From positions 862 to 64,861 of the IMG/VR virus record IMGVR_UViG_3300021378_001388: 64,000 nt of DNA. The stretch is one strand, 5' to 3'. Below the pieces are notes generated by a model, which was not told where the DNA came from, made no database searches, and saw nothing but the letters and a program-made list of their open reading frames with translations. This stretch comes from a virus. Lineage: Duplodnaviria > Caudoviricetes. Every line of letters begins with the position of its first letter. Positions within the stretch are counted from its first letter, which is position 1. The position numbers and the translations under genes were made by a program. Positions 46,529 to 56,570 of the stretch are shown here, one piece after another.

Positions 46529-47974
46529 TTAATATGTAATCTTATCGATTGTGAATGGGTATGAAGCATCTTTGTAGTACTTTTTTCGTTCTGTTAAATG
46601 TCTTTTTGAAAACTTACAACGACTGGTTACATCCCATATTTGTACAAAGTCTTTGTCTTCTGCCATTCGAACTCCACGACCAATCGATTGGATAACTCTA
46701 ACAAACGATTTGCCTGGTTCTAGTAGCACTAAATTAAAGATACGAGGAATATTAATACCAACTGCGGCTACTCCATAAGTGGCAATTGTGATTGTATTAG
46801 TACCTTCATTTATATCATTGTATGCATCTTTTCTATCTGAGACTGCCATTGAACCTTGAACGAATTCAGATTCTGGTATTAAATCCTGTAATGCTTCTCC
46901 ATTTTTAATTCTATTTGTCAGAACAAGAGTATTTCCAGTTTTGGAAATGTCTTTAATCATCTTAGAAACATAATCTAATCTCTTTTTGTCTTCAAGTAAA
47001 AATGTCATTTCATTTTGATAGTTGGAGTACACTGCTGTTTCTTGTGTTTGTACAATGTTCACATGGCAGTTTGCTAGAACACCTTGGTCCTGTAATTCTT
47101 TTGCTGACAGTTTGTTTATAACATCGCCAAGTGAACTACGCAAACTAGCAGATTCCCAATCACTCTTAGGAATAGTCCCTGTTAGTCCCCAACGAATAGG
47201 CACATTAGCAAATACACTAGTAAGTAAATCTTTCAATACATCTGCTTTTGCTTGGTGAGTTTCATCAACAATTACACAACAGACACCATCAATGAAGTCC
47301 ATAATATTGGCTTCACCTTTCTTAGTCTTTTTCAATAACGAATTGAGAGATTGCCAAGTACAGATAGTATGTGTTCTACCTTCTTCTTTTTTATCACCAA
47401 AATATACACCAACATCTAATCCACAATTTGTGTAATCTTCTTCTGTTTGGCGTACTAAGTCTTTATTTGGTACAATAACAATAGACCTACCATATTTCTC
47501 AACTACTTTACTCATAGTTGCAGTCATAATCGTCTTACCAGCACCTGTGGCTATCTCTTGGAGACACTGTGGTGCTGATATAAACTGATTGATTACTTCT
47601 ACTTGATAGTCTCTTAATACAATTGGTTCGCCCGCTTTTATATGTCCTTCAGGCCAAGTAACTCCGTCCCAGAAGTTCTCAGTTATAATAGGAAAACTCA
47701 TTTCTTCGTTTTCACGCCTATCATCAATGACTACCTCGTAACCTTGTTCAATGATTACTGGTAAAACATCATCTAATAAATTTAGAAATGTTCTGCCACC
47801 GACATCACAAAAGCGGACTGTGCCATCCCATCGACCGAGTTTGTATGCAGGCATATGATATGCATGAGGTAAGAAATACTTCAATTTGTCACTGCATTTT
47901 CTACGAGTTGATGGGTCAAGGCCTTCTAACTTGACATTTACTTCGTCCTTGATTATGATTGTACATTTACTCAT
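46529..47974 (-). CDS. uvsW: SF2 DNA helicase, UvsW-like
   Basis: LRDYQ, ATGAGKT, DETH, GLTGT and QSIGRGVR. Confidence 0.88.
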   Translation of the reverse strand: MSKCTIIIKDEVNVKLEGLDPSTRRKCSDKLKYFLPHAYHMPAYKLGRWDGTVRFCDVGGRTFLNLLDDVLPVIIEQGYEVVIDDRRENEEMSFPIITENFWDGVTWPEGHIKAGEPIVLRDYQVEVINQFISAPQCLQEIATGAGKTIMTATMSKVVEKYGRSIVIVPNKDLVRQTEEDYTNCGLDVGVYFGDKKEEGRTHTICTWQSLNSLLKKTKKGEANIMDFIDGVCCVIVDETHQAKADVLKDLLTSVFANVPIRWGLTGTIPKSDWESASLRSSLGDVINKLSAKELQDQGVLANCHVNIVQTQETAVYSNYQNEMTFLLEDKKRLDYVSKMIKDISKTGNTLVLTNRIKNGEALQDLIPESEFVQGSMAVSDRKDAYNDINEGTNTITIATYGVAAVGINIPRIFNLVLLEPGKSFVRVIQSIGRGVRMAEDKDFVQIWDVTSRCKFSKRHLTERKKYYKDASYPFTIDKITY

Positions 47975-48513
47975 TATGATGCTAATTTATACCATTCTGG
48001 TTGCTTTGTTTTCCAAGTTGCAATATGACTTTTATGTTTGATGTAGTAATTTCTGTATGCAGTCACACTGTCTTTATCTCTTACATCATCTGGCATTGCT
48101 TGGGTTGGTTGAGTAAAAGATGCATCACTGATGTTTACGGGTGGATACTTCAATGCTTCACTCAATTTTGTATAAGATAGGTGGTCTTTACCGTATCGTA
48201 TCTTAAATTCTTCGTGTAAATGAGACCACATTTCATATAGAAATGCATAATTATGCCTACTTGCACGAGTCCAGATGTTACTTGGATGATTTACGTGTGA
48301 TGCTTTATAAATGATATTTTCCATATTGTCACTTAAACGCCATCTTTTGATTCGTCTACCAATCTTATTCTTATCGTGCCACTCTACGCCGTCACAAACA
48401 CGATGGGCTGTTGACATTAGTTGGGCATACTCTACGAGCATCTTACTACAGTGTTTATCTAGGTGCATTTCTGCACTTGTTTTTGCATTTTTGTCTAAGT
48501 AAAATATATTCAT
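47974..48513 (-). CDS. Pyrimidine-dimer DNA glycosylase-like protein
   Basis: MNIFYLD...HLDKH..KM..EYAQLMSTAH, HVNHPS and AYRNYY. Confidence 0.7.
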   Translation of the reverse strand: MNIFYLDKNAKTSAEMHLDKHCSKMLVEYAQLMSTAHRVCDGVEWHDKNKIGRRIKRWRLSDNMENIIYKASHVNHPSNIWTRASRHNYAFLYEMWSHLHEEFKIRYGKDHLSYTKLSEALKYPPVNISDASFTQPTQAMPDDVRDKDSVTAYRNYYIKHKSHIATWKTKQPEWYKLAS

Positions 48514-48550
48514 ATAATTTCTCTATACTCTCTTCTTGTCATAATAACTT

Positions 48551-48579
48551 AGTATAACATAATTCGCCATATAATTCAA
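48551..48579 (-). promoter_or_regulatory. sigma70-like promoter
   Basis: TTGAAT-17-TATACT with TGn. Confidence 0.55.
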
Positions 48580-48592
48580 GTCTTTTCTGCAT

Positions 48593-48625
48593 AAAAAAAC
48601 GCCGGTAATATTTCTATTACCAGCG
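48593..48625 (-). terminator. Rho-independent terminator
   Basis: CGCTGGTAATA-GAAA-TATTACCGGCG followed by T7. Confidence 0.8.
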
Positions 48626-48649
48626 CCGAGGGGTTGACTTTTTAAACTC

Positions 48650-49678
48650 TTATGAAACTCTACGCTTCATACAAGTTGATTCTGCTAGAGTTTTCCATCT
48701 TACTTTGTTCATATTACGAAGGTCTGCAATCTTTTGAGCCATTCTCAATGAGACTTCACGCAACCTATCTTGTTCGTCAACCATAAACTCAATGATTTCT
48801 TGCTCTTCAATTTTAGTTAGACCTTTAGTATCAAACAACCCACCGTCTCTGGCAATCTGTTTAATTCTCATAATCTTGTCACGTGTAGTGTCAAGTGTAA
48901 GGTCAAGGTAATGACAACGAGAAAGAATTGCTTCTAAGTGGTCTTTGATTTTAGTTTGTCTAGTACTATCAAACTTCAAGTTTGTAATAAAGATAACTGA
49001 ACCTTTAAATTCAAATTCACCAGGAACACCTTCTCTACGCAAGAAGTTTGAATCAGAGTTCCAAGAAATTCGTCTTTTCTTGCCACTATCAAGTGCGGCT
49101 TTAAGAATGTTTAGTGCATCTTCATTCCAAAGAATACTATCACAATCATCTAGGACTACAATACTTTTTGAATCCGAGTACTTGTAAAGAGTGCTATATA
49201 AACCGATTGCCGACATTGCACCTTTAACAAAAGTATGTCTTAATGGTTTATCAGCCATCATATCAAACAAACTATCTTTTTCAAGTATTTGTTCAACACC
49301 AAATGTTTTACCGACTCCTGGAGGTCCTGTAACAATCATACCTCGAACAATACCGTCTAGTGTAGCACCCGTCATTTCTTCTAAAATAGAAAAACGTTCT
49401 GCAATTCGGTCAATCGCTTGTTCGTCAGTTTCAATCACTTCTTTACCAAGTTCAGCATTTTCTACTTCGGTAACTTGGTCTTGGTTTTCAATCTTAATTC
49501 TACAAGCATCACGGCCAGAAAATACTTTTTCAGTCGCATCTGTTGTTTTAACTTTCACAAAGTATGACCCATCTTTCGACTTAGTTATACCTTTAATTAA
49601 TGGGAAACAACCGTTTATCTCGGTGTTGTTATAAGACCCGTTTTCTATTTTTATCATATTCATATTCAACCCTCTCAT
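48650..49678 (-). CDS. AAA+ ATPase of unknown function
   Basis: GPPGVGKT, VVLDDCD, IFITN and AILSR. Confidence 0.8.
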   Translation of the reverse strand: MRGLNMNMIKIENGSYNNTEINGCFPLIKGITKSKDGSYFVKVKTTDATEKVFSGRDACRIKIENQDQVTEVENAELGKEVIETDEQAIDRIAERFSILEEMTGATLDGIVRGMIVTGPPGVGKTFGVEQILEKDSLFDMMADKPLRHTFVKGAMSAIGLYSTLYKYSDSKSIVVLDDCDSILWNEDALNILKAALDSGKKRRISWNSDSNFLRREGVPGEFEFKGSVIFITNLKFDSTRQTKIKDHLEAILSRCHYLDLTLDTTRDKIMRIKQIARDGGLFDTKGLTKIEEQEIIEFMVDEQDRLREVSLRMAQKIADLRNMNKVRWKTLAESTCMKRRVS

Positions 49679-49695
49679 TTGTTTAATATAACTAT

Positions 49696-49729
49696 ATTAT
49701 AGCACAGATATGATATCTGTCAAGTTTTT
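49696..49729 (-). promoter_or_regulatory. Early-type promoter, 16-bp spacer class
   Basis: AAAAACTTGACA-16-TATAAT. Confidence 0.7.
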
Positions 49730-49736
49730 AATTATT

Positions 49737-50288
49737 TTATACTTCTGACCTACGCAGTGAATAATCTTCTTTCTCTACTGGTCCATCTTTTAGTACCTTA
49801 TGGGCTTCTAGCCACAGAGAACTGCCAACTACTTTCGTCATATCGTTCACTAGTAGAGCCATTTCTTCTGCAAACTTAGGTGCAAAACTCTTATCAAACA
49901 CAAAAATAGACAAACTGTTGTCAATCATATCAGCAAGTTTAACAAATTGTGCTTCTGCGGGCGCCTCTGCTAGTCGTTTCCTATCGATTGCTTTACGAAC
50001 AGCACGATTGCCATCTTCTGGTTTTGATGTATCTGTTAACCATTGAACCATTGTGGCAACTTCGTCACCAAATAGAGCATTAATATCTGCTAGTGTGTAC
50101 GCAGTATCCTCTACAACATCGTGCAACAACGCACCAGCCTGCTGGATTTCGCTACCACCGTGTTGTGATACTAGGCGTGCTACTGCCATAGGATGAACAA
50201 TATAGTCTTCACCAGTGTATTTCCGCTTCTGTCCCTCGTGGGCCTTAATAGCGAAAGCGAATACATCTTTAAGTAAATTTGTTTTCAT
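49737..50288 (-). CDS. HD-domain hydrolase, RelA/SpoT hydrolase (small alarmone hydrolase/Mesh1)-like
   Basis: AHEGQKRK..GEDYIVHP, LLHDVVEDT, LTD and VKLADMIDN. Confidence 0.85.
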   Translation of the reverse strand: MKTNLLKDVFAFAIKAHEGQKRKYTGEDYIVHPMAVARLVSQHGGSEIQQAGALLHDVVEDTAYTLADINALFGDEVATMVQWLTDTSKPEDGNRAVRKAIDRKRLAEAPAEAQFVKLADMIDNSLSIFVFDKSFAPKFAEEMALLVNDMTKVVGSSLWLEAHKVLKDGPVEKEDYSLRRSEV

Positions 50289-50446
50289 CGTATCTTAAAT
50301 CTTTCTGTTCCGTATACAATTTTATTGATAGCGTCTCGTTCAACGATTAATTCTTCTAGTGTCTTACCATATCTCTTATAGTCCATATCTTCTGGACTAA
50401 TAGGTAACCATTCACCAGTCTTTTGTGACTTTACATACTTAATCAT
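50285..50446 (-). CDS. 53-aa hypothetical protein (absent from the ORF track)
   Basis: MIKYVKSQKTGEWLPISPED...; ATGA overlaps on both sides. Confidence 0.6.
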   Translation of the reverse strand: MIKYVKSQKTGEWLPISPEDMDYKRYGKTLEELIVERDAINKIVYGTERFKIR

Positions 50447-50568
50447 ACAGACACCTTAGATAGTTTAAGAGTAGTCAATGTAACTGGTAACAATACCGCA
50501 CTCATAGTCGCTACAAAAAATACTAATCCAAATATTATCTCTGCCATCTCACTATTATATTCTGTCAT
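50443..50568 (-). CDS. 41-aa single-TM peptide (absent from the ORF track)
   Basis: MTEYNSEMAEIIFGLVFFVATMSAVLLPV...; GAGGAG SD and promoter upstream. Confidence 0.6.
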   Translation of the reverse strand: MTEYNSEMAEIIFGLVFFVATMSAVLLPVTLTTLKLSKVSV

Positions 50569-50596
50569 TTTTACTCCTCTCATTTAATATACTATT

Positions 50597-50630
50597 ATTG
50601 TAACACAAAAATGTGGTTTGTCAAGTTTTT
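50597..50630 (-). promoter_or_regulatory. Early-type promoter, 16-bp spacer class
   Basis: AAAAACTTGACA-16-TACAAT. Confidence 0.65.
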
Positions 50631-50636
50631 GCAATT

Positions 50637-50990
50637 TTATATCGCAACATCCTTGAAGCCAAAACTAGCAACTACTGATTGCTTACCAGTTTCATCTTCG
50701 ACAATATCACCAACACTAACACTGTACATACTTGATAAACGTTCAATGTTTTCTTCTGGTCCCATATTACCTACGTGAAATACACCTTCTAAACTATCAG
50801 CGGTAATATTTGATACGTGAGTATAGTAACCACGGTTGAAGGCATCAGCCGCAATCATACCTGTATCATTTTTACGTAGGTTCATATCTAATTTTAAAGA
50901 TTGCTTATGAACTGCATCGTGACCTTCTTCGTTAATCAGGTCAATTTCTGCGTCCGTAAGGTGGATTTGAAACAGTTTAAATTTATTCAT
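50637..50990 (-). CDS. Hypothetical early protein (YodL-like motif)
   Basis: LEGVFHVGN...SVSVGDIV. Confidence 0.6.
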   Translation of the reverse strand: MNKFKLFQIHLTDAEIDLINEEGHDAVHKQSLKLDMNLRKNDTGMIAADAFNRGYYTHVSNITADSLEGVFHVGNMGPEENIERLSSMYSVSVGDIVEDETGKQSVVASFGFKDVAI

Positions 50991-51418
50991 TATTTCTCTC
51001 CTTTAAATTCATAAGGTTTGTCCCACTTACCAATGTTAATGTGGGTGTAATAAGCAGTATCAAAATAGTCAATCATTGCATCTGACTTGTCATACCAAGC
51101 ACGACCACCCTCTATTGATGCGGGTGCAGTCTTCATAATATTGACAATTTCGCTGAATAATGCTTTGTGTTTACCGTAATTTTCAGGATAATACTCATTG
51201 ATTTGCTCGTAGCCATCGAACTTGTATGTTGGAGCCTCTGGATGATGCTTGTCTTTTCGGTCTAAACTTCCGTCAAAGAAGTTTATTTCACCAGAAACGA
51301 TAGAAACATTAAGACTTGAGTAATTATTTCTAGTAACAGAAAATTTTAGTTTGTTTTTGAAACGCTCTTTAAGAGCAACTCGAACCGCTTTTACTTCTTC
51401 AGTTGATATATAAGCCAT
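50990..51418 (-). CDS. Hypothetical early protein (LPD29-like)
   Basis: LKERF..KFSVT...YDKSDAMIDYFDTAYY. Confidence 0.6.
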   Translation of the reverse strand: MAYISTEEVKAVRVALKERFKNKLKFSVTRNNYSSLNVSIVSGEINFFDGSLDRKDKHHPEAPTYKFDGYEQINEYYPENYGKHKALFSEIVNIMKTAPASIEGGRAWYDKSDAMIDYFDTAYYTHINIGKWDKPYEFKGEK

Positions 51419-51449
51419 TTATTAACCTCTCTTTATTGAATATACTTAT

Positions 51450-51483
51450 AGTATACATCAAAACGAGGATTTGTCAAGTTTTT
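51450..51483 (-). promoter_or_regulatory. Early-type promoter, 16-bp spacer class
   Basis: AAAAACTTGACA-16-TATACT. Confidence 0.65.
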
Positions 51484-51501
51484 AGGTGTTTTTTGTGTAA
51501 A

Positions 51502-51741
51502 TTAGACTGGAATTTGTTCTTTTTCAGTGGGCATATCGTCTAAAACATCCCATTTTTCAATAAAATTGTCTAAATCTGTGTCTATTAATGAACGGCTGTT
51601 GCCTGAATCTATATATCTATAAGACAAACATATAACGAACGGATTATCTGGTGGATAATACGCATCAGTAATTTTTGCTAACCGATGGCTTGTTTTGTGT
51701 TGGATTATTGTTCCTGAAGTTATTGTTGGTTTATTCATCAT
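51502..51741 (-). CDS. Hypothetical protein
   Basis: ATGA overlap with prs. Confidence 0.6.
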   Translation of the reverse strand: MMNKPTITSGTIIQHKTSHRLAKITDAYYPPDNPFVICLSYRYIDSGNSRSLIDTDLDNFIEKWDVLDDMPTEKEQIPV

Positions 51742-52691
51742 AGTTTTATATTATTATTAAACAAACTGCTTACACTTTCTTCATTACTTACTCTGCGAAT
51801 TGCTTCACCGAACAATTTCGAAACACTAACTTGTCGTGTCTTTTTTAAATCGCTAGGACAACGAAATTCGATACTATCTGTAATGACTAATTCTTCTAAT
51901 ACACTCTTTTCCACTTTTTTACAGGCTTCACCTGTTAATACTCCGTGAGTAATGTATGCTCTGACACTTAATGCACCAGCATCCATAATTGCCTGAGCGG
52001 CATTACATAATGTTCCGCCACTATCAACAATATCATCAACTAAAATAGCGTGATGTCCTTCAACCTCACCAATAATGTTCATTACTTCACTTTGACCTGC
52101 TCTTGGTCTGCGTTTATCAACAATAGCAATATCATCGTGGAACATATCAGCAAATTTTCTTGCTCTTACAGTACCACCAGCATCTGGTGAAACGAATACT
52201 GTACTCTCATACGCTTCATTACCCAAATGTCTCTTAATATCTTTAGCAAATACGATACGACTTGTTAAATCATCAACTGGAATATCAAAGAAGCCTTGAA
52301 TTTGTCCAGCGTGTAAGTCCATTGTCAGAACTCTATCTGCACCGGCTTCTGTAATGAGATTTGCTACGAGTTTAGCAGTAATTGGTGTACGACTTGCACT
52401 TTTTCTATCTTGTCTTGCATAACCAAAGTAAGGAATGACTGCTGTAATACGTTTTGCACTACTACGTTTTGCCGCATCAATCATTACAAGAAGTTCCATA
52501 AGATTATCGTTTACAGGAGTACTTGTACTCTGAACAATAAAGACATCTTCACCTCGAACATTCTCTAAAAACTCTACACTACTTTCGCCATCAGCAAATG
52601 CTTTAATGTCAGTAGGAACTAATGCAGAGAAACAATATCCAGCGATTTCTTCTGCAAGTTTTGAATTACTATTTCCAGATATAATTTTCAT
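51738..52691 (-). CDS. prs: Ribose-phosphate pyrophosphokinase
   Basis: [34 protein letters not shown] and [10 protein letters not shown]. Confidence 0.95.
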   Translation of the reverse strand: MKIISGNSNSKLAEEIAGYCFSALVPTDIKAFADGESSVEFLENVRGEDVFIVQSTSTPVNDNLMELLVMIDAAKRSSAKRITAVIPYFGYARQDRKSASRTPITAKLVANLITEAGADRVLTMDLHAGQIQGFFDIPVDDLTSRIVFAKDIKRHLGNEAYESTVFVSPDAGGTVRARKFADMFHDDIAIVDKRRPRAGQSEVMNIIGEVEGHHAILVDDIVDSGGTLCNAAQAIMDAGALSVRAYITHGVLTGEACKKVEKSVLEELVITDSIEFRCPSDLKKTRQVSVSKLFGEAIRRVSNEESVSSLFNNNIKL

Positions 52692-52927
52692 AGTTGAGGA
52701 ACTTTGTTATCTTCAATTAGTTTCTCACATTCTCTTTGAATCTGCCGAACTTCGAGTTTCATTACTTCGATTCTTTGTTGCTCAACAGTAATATCAACTA
52801 TTGCAGTAGCAACTTCGTGTGCCATTTGCTGATATCCGTATTTCATTCCACTCTTATAACTAAAGTAAGCACAAGCGCCGATAAAAGCACTCATCATTAT
52901 TACTATATCTGTTCCTATCATCATCAT
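52688..52927 (-). CDS. Hypothetical protein with an N-terminal TM
   Basis: TM plus coiled coil; promoter TTGACA-17-TATACT at 52951-52979. Confidence 0.6.
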   Translation of the reverse strand: MMMIGTDIVIMMSAFIGACAYFSYKSGMKYGYQQMAHEVATAIVDITVEQQRIEVMKLEVRQIQRECEKLIEDNKVPQL

Positions 52928-52997
52928 TCCTTAAGTTTGATTATTAAAATAGTATAACACAATTTAGTCTGGTTGTCAAATTATATACATATTTATC

Positions 52998-54368
52998 TTA
53001 CTTCACATCAGTATCTACTGTATCTAAAAAGTCGCATAACCGAGGGTCTAAATAATCGTGGTAATCTCTATTAAGTACTTTGTCTGTTAATACTGTATAA
53101 TTTTTCATTCTTCGTTGATGGTATAATTTTGTTTTCTCATCAACTTTATTATCCTTTATATATCCTTCGAAGTTTTTAATAATACGGCTCAAATGAAGGT
53201 CGTAGGCTGGAAGTCGTAAAGATTTGTAATACTCTAAGGCTTCATTTATTAGTTCATCGGGTAGCCATTTAATATGTAAAACATTGTCCATATTATGTAA
53301 AGAGAAGTTTATATTTCCGTCAACAGCAAAATGTCCATATTTCAATCCAGCGACAATATCAGGATAATTAGCAAAATCAAATACATTATATGCCATTGCG
53401 ACTGAACTAACTTCGGCCCATCCTCTAATTTTTCCTGATGTGAAATAATCGTCTAATGTTTTCAATCGTTTCTTTAATAAGTCATAACGATAAGGCGCTC
53501 TAATATAGTCATATGTACTGCCTGTGCCATCTGCACTTACCAGCATTCGTATGTGTCGGAAATGTGTTAATAGTTCCATAACCTCAGTGACAAACTTAGT
53601 ACCGTTTGTAGTGACCTCTAATGATATATGGTCTGCGTGTCCTGTGTCAATTATATATTTTAACAATTCAATAAAATGAGCATTTATAAAAGGTTCGCCA
53701 CCCGTACATTGTATTTCTTGTAATTGCGGAACTAATCGTTTAATTTCTTCATATAGTGTCTCTGGGAATTCTCCTGGTGTCCATTTATACTTATGGGCAT
53801 CATCCATATATAAATCTAAATCATCTTCTTTGGTTACATTTTGTAAAGCAAGATACTTGTGCATTTTATTATCTAACGGAACCCACATATCACTGCTACC
53901 ACTTGTACACATTAAGCAATGTAAATTACACTTATTGTCAAACTTTAAATCTAATGAACGTAGTCTTGGGTTTTTGACCATCTCGTCTATGTCATACTCG
54001 AAACCTCCGTCAGCATGGCCTTCACCGGGCTCTATGTAAACTTGATTCATTCCTTGTCGTTTGCTTTTTATTCCTAGGTCTTCTTGTCGCCAACAACTAC
54101 TACAGGCAGTATGTCGTTTGCCTTCCATCATTTGCTGACGGATATCTTTCATAAATTCACTATTGAATGCTTGATTTGCCGACATGGCATATGGTTTGAA
54201 TACTGTTTTCTGGTTGGGATTATACATTTCAAGGACAACTTCTTTATCGTCCGTTCCAATTGCTACTGCTTCATTTGCCGAGCAACAGGGTCCGTATGAC
54301 CCACCATTATGTAAAACTAGTGCGGTAAATGGATATGTACACCAAGTGTCTGAGGGATAACTTTTCAT
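52998..54368 (-). CDS. Radical SAM protein with an N-terminal SPASM/twitch-like Cys cluster
   Basis: CNLHCLMC, GGEP and TTNG; N-terminal CTYPF...CC...CSSCW. Confidence 0.88.
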   Translation of the reverse strand: MKSYPSDTWCTYPFTALVLHNGGSYGPCCSANEAVAIGTDDKEVVLEMYNPNQKTVFKPYAMSANQAFNSEFMKDIRQQMMEGKRHTACSSCWRQEDLGIKSKRQGMNQVYIEPGEGHADGGFEYDIDEMVKNPRLRSLDLKFDNKCNLHCLMCTSGSSDMWVPLDNKMHKYLALQNVTKEDDLDLYMDDAHKYKWTPGEFPETLYEEIKRLVPQLQEIQCTGGEPFINAHFIELLKYIIDTGHADHISLEVTTNGTKFVTEVMELLTHFRHIRMLVSADGTGSTYDYIRAPYRYDLLKKRLKTLDDYFTSGKIRGWAEVSSVAMAYNVFDFANYPDIVAGLKYGHFAVDGNINFSLHNMDNVLHIKWLPDELINEALEYYKSLRLPAYDLHLSRIIKNFEGYIKDNKVDEKTKLYHQRRMKNYTVLTDKVLNRDYHDYLDPRLCDFLDTVDTDVK

Positions 54369-54400
54369 ACCACTATTTATTCTATTAATACTGAACTGAC

Positions 54401-54847
54401 TTACGCAATAGTTTCTTCTTTATCAACTGGTGTCTCTGGTTCTTCTACCACATCTTTTTCTAACAATGTTATCAATTCATACATCTCATAACAATCATAT
54501 CCTGAGACTGCTAACGCACCTTTGATGTATGTAGGATTAATTGGCAATAACGCCTCATTTATTTCGTGGTATGTAATTATTTTGTTTCTATATATAACTC
54601 CGCGAGAAGTTAATGAAGTACATTCTTGTGCATAATAATCTACACCACCCAATACCATAACAGCCATTTCTTTATCTTCTAATTCAGTTGCAAGAACTAG
54701 CATCTCTGGGTCAGTATCAATAACTTGATGCGGCTGTGCCTCAACTGACTTTACAAATGCAAATATAATTACAGCCGTTATTAATGTTGCATAAGTTAGA
54801 TACTTAAATGACATGACCTCTTTCTCTAAGTCTGCGTTTCCAAGCAC
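54401..54847 (-). CDS. Hypothetical exported/membrane protein
   Basis: Signal-like segment; true start probably the second Met (MSFKYL). Confidence 0.6.
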   Translation of the reverse strand: MLGNADLEKEVMSFKYLTYATLITAVIIFAFVKSVEAQPHQVIDTDPEMLVLATELEDKEMAVMVLGGVDYYAQECTSLTSRGVIYRNKIITYHEINEALLPINPTYIKGALAVSGYDCYEMYELITLLEKDVVEEPETPVDKEETIA

Positions 54848-54986
54848 CGCCTATTTTCTGTTCAGAGTATTGTTCTCTTAACCAAACTAATGTTGGTTCT
54901 TTGGCATCTTCTTCAATACCTGGATTTTTAGCCAAAGATTCGATTAAGTTGTTAATTTCGACTTCGGTTAGATTTAATAGGTTCAT
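54804..54986 (-). CDS. Hypothetical protein
   Basis: AAGGAG SD. Confidence 0.6.
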   Translation of the reverse strand: MNLLNLTEVEINNLIESLAKNPGIEEDAKEPTLVWLREQYSEQKIGGAWKRRLRERGHVI

Positions 54987-55023
54987 CCTGTTCTCCTTGT
55001 GGTTATATTAAAAAATTATTATC

Positions 55024-55806
55024 TTATTTCTTTGGCGCCCGCTCTATGTCTTCTTCTTCACATTTTAGTCCTGTTTGAATTTCTACAATTCTCACAGGCG
55101 TTGAAGTTTCGTTACTTAGTTTATGCCACCATCCTGAAGGTATTTCTACATTTTCGTGTATTCCTAGTTCTCTAGGTTGACCTTCTAACTCTAATGTAGC
55201 AACTCCTTGTGTTACTACCCAATACTCACTTCTGTATTTGTGTCTTTGTAAAGATAAAGATTTTCCTGGGTCTACTGTAAGTTCTTTTACTTTTGTTTTA
55301 AGGTTTGCACCTGTTCCGTCTTCGTGTAATACTCTATAGTAACCCCAATTTCGAATTGTTTTAGGTGCTTTCCATTCTTCTAAAATCCAACTGCTTGAAT
55401 TTTTCTTATCTGTTCCGCCTACTCCCCATACAAAACCAAATCCAGGTGAAGTATCTGCAATAGATGTTGCAAATTCTACTTCAGGCGTATTGCCTTTTTT
55501 TCTATCACCGCCGTTAGCGAAGATTATTTGGTCATTTGGATAATGTGCGATAACTTGTTTAATGAAATTGATAGCAGTATCATCATCATCCATAAAGGTG
55601 AAGACTTCATCTACCATTTGTAAGTTATTGAGAATTGCAATACGCTCGTTCCAGGGCATAAAACATTTACCCTTTTTGCGTTCTAACCATTCATCTGAGT
55701 TTAAGCCAACAATAAGCATATCGCCCATTTCTTTAGCGGCCTTAAGATATGAAATATGTCCAGAATGTACTGGGTCAAATCCACCAGTTGCAAGAACTAT
55801 TTTCAT
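55024..55806 (-). CDS. Cytidylyl/adenylyltransferase fused to a mannose-6-phosphate isomerase-type cupin
   Basis: GGFDPVHSGH (HxGH), FANGGDR, KKNSSS; then WGYYRVL and LSLQRHKYRSEYW. Confidence 0.85.
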   Translation of the reverse strand: MKIVLATGGFDPVHSGHISYLKAAKEMGDMLIVGLNSDEWLERKKGKCFMPWNERIAILNNLQMVDEVFTFMDDDDTAINFIKQVIAHYPNDQIIFANGGDRKKGNTPEVEFATSIADTSPGFGFVWGVGGTDKKNSSSWILEEWKAPKTIRNWGYYRVLHEDGTGANLKTKVKELTVDPGKSLSLQRHKYRSEYWVVTQGVATLELEGQPRELGIHENVEIPSGWWHKLSNETSTPVRIVEIQTGLKCEEEDIERAPKK

Positions 55807-56144
55807 TATTTTCCTCCCAGTTTAATTTCATAACCCATTGTAACTCCTATCTTACCTGTTGTTTCGTATGCTGGTGTAATAAACCATCCATCGTTTATGT
55901 ATCTTATCATCGGCGCTATATTCATTCCACTATAGCCTGTTACTAATCCTATTTCTAAATCCCAATTATTATCTACATTAGATATTTTTTTACCAACATA
56001 ATAACTGACTTTTTCTTCACTGTTATAATAGGCTCCAGTAATCCAATTATCTACTGTGCATCTGCCGTGGGGATGCACACTATTATAGTCGCCTTCTAAT
56101 CCAACGTGAAACGACAATGCAAGTAATAATGATAGGCAACCCAT
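55806..56144 (-). CDS. Small putative outer-membrane beta-barrel protein (PagP-like pattern)
   Basis: Short signal; GAYYNS...SYYVG...GLVTGY; alternating aromatic strands. Confidence 0.45.
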   Translation of the reverse strand: MGCLSLLLALSFHVGLEGDYNSVHPHGRCTVDNWITGAYYNSEEKVSYYVGKKISNVDNNWDLEIGLVTGYSGMNIAPMIRYINDGWFITPAYETTGKIGVTMGYEIKLGGK

Positions 56145-56570
56145 TTATCTGTTTCTAACTTCTTCCTGAAATTTATTAGTTAAGAAGTCTAAATTATTCT
56201 TAAGCCAATCGGATTGAGTGTAATCTACTTTCTCTTTCCACTGTAACTTTTCTTCAAGGTGGTTCATCCAAGTACTTTGTATCCATGTTTGAAACTCTGT
56301 TCCTATTTTGGTCATACTTTTCTCCTGTGTTAAATGTATTTCTACAATTGGATGGTCATTGACAAATCTCATTATAGTATGGTATTCTTTGCATACTCCA
56401 TTCTTAATGTTTGCATTGCCAATATCCATCATTACTTTTTGTAACTTTAAAATAATTTGTTGGTCTACAATCCTAGGTACTAAACAAAAATGTGCCTCGT
56501 TGTGGGGAGTTAACGCAACAAAATCTTTTACTTCGTAATCTATTACACCTATTTTATCTAATTCTATCAC
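56145..56570 (-). CDS. Hypothetical protein
   Basis: GTGA overlap with the nrdB stop. Confidence 0.6.
   Translation of the reverse strand: MIELDKIGVIDYEVKDFVALTPHNEAHFCLVPRIVDQQIILKLQKVMMDIGNANIKNGVCKEYHTIMRFVNDHPIVEIHLTQEKSMTKIGTEFQTWIQSTWMNHLEEKLQWKEKVDYTQSDWLKNNLDFLTNKFQEEVRNR

Noticed and set aside
51738-52691. Prs as part of an NAD+ reconstitution (NARP-type) anti-defence pathway
   Set aside because: The sequence looks like a canonical class I Prs, and no Nampt/Namat-like partner gene is in the window.
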